Below, one piece after another: positions 61,572 to 64,000 of a stretch of DNA of 64,000 nt. This stretch comes from Zancudomyces culisetae HAW-14-8 (Eukaryota > Fungi > Kickxellomycota), in contig JBNJNM010000011.1 in NCBI GenBank assembly GCA_052426225.1, positions 2,232,001 to 2,296,000 of the forward strand, read 5' to 3'. Made by a program: the position numbers and the translations under genes. Positions within the stretch are counted from its first letter, which is position 1; every line of letters starts with the position of its first letter. The notes beneath the pieces were generated by a model. It worked only from the letters and a program-made list of their open reading frames with translations. It did no database searches and was not told the origin of the DNA.

Positions 61572-64000
61572 TTAGCAGTTGGATTCTGTAATATAATGTT
61601 TCAATGGCAATAACATCGCTTCTAATTTAATCAACACCTCATCCCATTCGCTCTCTGGGTCAGAAAGTATAGTTATCGCACCGCCCGCTCCAATTTGAAC
61701 ATGTGAGGTTGTATCATCTCCGTCCGAGTTACAACCACCAGATGCAGACATGGACACACAACTTTTGGGTGTGAAAATCACAGTTCTAATCACAACATTC
61801 CAGTCACATACTCCATGGTTGCAGGCCGAGATATACCCAATCGACCCCGAATATACACCTCTATTACCAATTTCAGACTCCAACACAGAGTGCAGTATCT
61901 CTACACTGCGCAGTTTTGGCGCACCTGTCATAGACCCTGGCGGAAAACAACGTCCAACAACACCCATCACGTTGTCATCAAGTAGCGACGATTCTACAGT
62001 GGATACCAGTTGGTACACTGTCGCGTATTTTTCCAACGAAATGAGTTTTGGTACATCCGTAGTTGTAGGGTTGCAAACTCCATTTAAATCATGCCTAACC
62101 AAGTCAACAATCATTAGATTTTCTGCCCTCTCTTTTATATCAGCTTGTAGCTCGCACCCAATGGCATGGTCTCTAAGCGTTGCTTCCTCCAAACACTTTT
62201 CACAACAACGAGGTTTTTCTGCAAACTTATCCGCAACCGCACCAGAAATTGTAGCGTGTTCGCAGTGCAAATTATTGAGATCTATCCTCTTTGCAGTTCC
62301 CTTGATAGGTTTCATCATAGCCTTTAAACCACCATTTTTTTTATCTTGGTGGATAGACAACAATCGTTCTGGACTACAACTCATTATAATTAGCTCTGCA
62401 CCATAATTGATGTTTTCATCCTCACAGCTATCTTTATTATCTTCCTGTTTATCTTGCTTTGGATAGTAGAAAAAGGCTCCAAATGGTGCCGCATTCATAG
62501 TCCTCAGGTAGTCAAAGTATATTTTTTTGGCCTCCGCGAGTCCTCCGTGCCCGAAACTCCTCCCTTGGCCTCCAGCGGTTCCGTTGGCCGTGATCTTAAA
62601 TTGGTTTGTCAAACATATTTGATACGACTCTCCACTTCTTATAAACTCCTGGGCCATAGCCACCTTGTTTATGTACTTTTCTTTCTTTATGTACGGAGAT
62701 GCAGTAATTACTCGCTGGGCTGCAGCTGGATTTGTGTTAGTTCGAATTCTGTTGATACTATTAAACTCCTTTTCCAGAAAAACTGATATATCCTTACCAA
62801 GTTTAGTATGTGTATCATTAATCCACTTTTCGCAGCTTGTGTAGCACAATACTCCGTTTGCCTCACTCCAAATATCAAATCCTATACTCGGGTCCTCATC
62901 ATCATTTCTATTCGTTGCCAGACCATAAATGTAGACAGCTATCCGATGCTCCCTCTTCTCTACGACTATACACTGTGTAGCCAGTGAGAGTATTGAACCT
63001 GGAGCACTATTTGCTGAATTGAAAGTTTGCCCCCTCTCTTCAACTTTCTGTGAAAGCACAATGTTCGATTCGTTTAACATTTCGTAACCCAAATACCCAA
63101 CCCAACCACATTTAAATGCTGGACCGCTAACACTACACCCGGCACCACCCCCAGCTTCGACACAATCCAGATCCCTGAACTCGATGCCCCTAATAAGGTT
63201 GTCTACCAGCTCATCCTGAGCCCAATCCCAATATGAGCATTTTCTTGTATCATTACCCGCTTCCATTCCTTTCATACTATCCAGTTTTATTCGTTTTTCC
63301 AGGTTGGATTTTACCCCCTCCTGCGCCACTGAGTATTTAATCAGATCGACTTCTCTGTCTTCAATGTTATATTTCACTGTCACACTTCCTGGGCTACAAA
63401 GTGAACCCATGATGCTTATACTATTGCCCTCTACGTTTTCTTTTGAACTGTCAAGTATAAATGGAAGTACATCATCAGCATATATACAGTTAAATACTGC
63501 TCGGGTAACTCGTGATAGATCATAAAAATGTGAATCGAGTTCTATCTTTCTTCCAAGCACAAAACGCCGGCCCTTGTTTCGATTATTTGCAATGGTACTA
63601 GGATTAGTGACGTTCAATGTCTCTTTCTCGTGGTATAACAAGGATAGATGAAGAGTTGAGGATGGTATTTCCTTGGTAAGTAAGTGACCTTCTTTGTTCT
63701 TTTGCAACCAACTATATGCTAGCTTTTGGAAATTATTCATCAGTAAATCGCCATACTCTGTCTCTACCGACTATTGTTATTTTTAAAATCTATATTAATA
63801 CCCCGTTGACCCTTTTTTTTGAAAATACATACAGTGATTTAGAAAATATAACAACAGTATACGACCACGTATAGACCCTCTAAATCGAATTTACGACTAA
63901 ATCATGATGTTTTTATTATCTAAATTTTAGTTGCTCTAACTCTTAGCATGAAATCCTTACCTCTGGGTGAAACTGAACACCGTAAATAGGTTTATACCTA
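61572..64000 (-). CDS. ABZ1: Fused aminodeoxychorismate synthase (PabA/PabB), 5' part outside the window
   Basis: Exon 63997-63961 PIYGVQFHPE (GATase) splices to 63770 SVETEYG. Chorismate-binding motifs GESYQICLT, SPERLL, KPIKGT, KERAENLMIVDLVRHDL, PPGSMTGAPKLR, GAGGAIT. Confidence 0.92.

Noticed and set aside
1-64000. Selenoprotein (in-frame TGA plus SECIS), since some early-diverging fungi use Sec
   Set aside because: No recognised gene needs TGA readthrough and no convincing SECIS was seen by eye. SECISearch3 would be decisive.

Overview
Gene-dense, AT-rich eukaryotic nuclear DNA with short GT-AG introns, from a fungus. The mix of fungal-type genes (ECM33-like, TEM1, fused PabA/PabB, PhoD_2-like) and genes lost from budding yeast (IVD, DHTKD1, RECQ1-like) suggests an early-diverging lineage such as Zoopagomycota/Harpellales; this is inference only. 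About 23 protein-coding genes can be supported, and several are hidden from the ORF track by introns (POLE2/DPB2 with 9 exons, RFC small subunit with 6, MGMT with 5, SNU66/SART1 with 5). No rRNA, tRNA, CRISPR or transposon was recognised. The best leads are: (1) a stand-alone 57-aa ORF that is essentially a spinophilin/Bni4-type PP1-docking RVxF-PhiPhi-R string; (2) a PhoD-family protein whose metal-ligand motifs are all substituted, with polyQ tracts and a terminal PPxY motif (pseudophosphatase or adaptor); (3) a membrane-anchored minimal trypsin; (4) a high density of DNA replication/repair genes with SCB/E2F-like promoter words; (5) several unannotated spliced or structured intergenic candidates.
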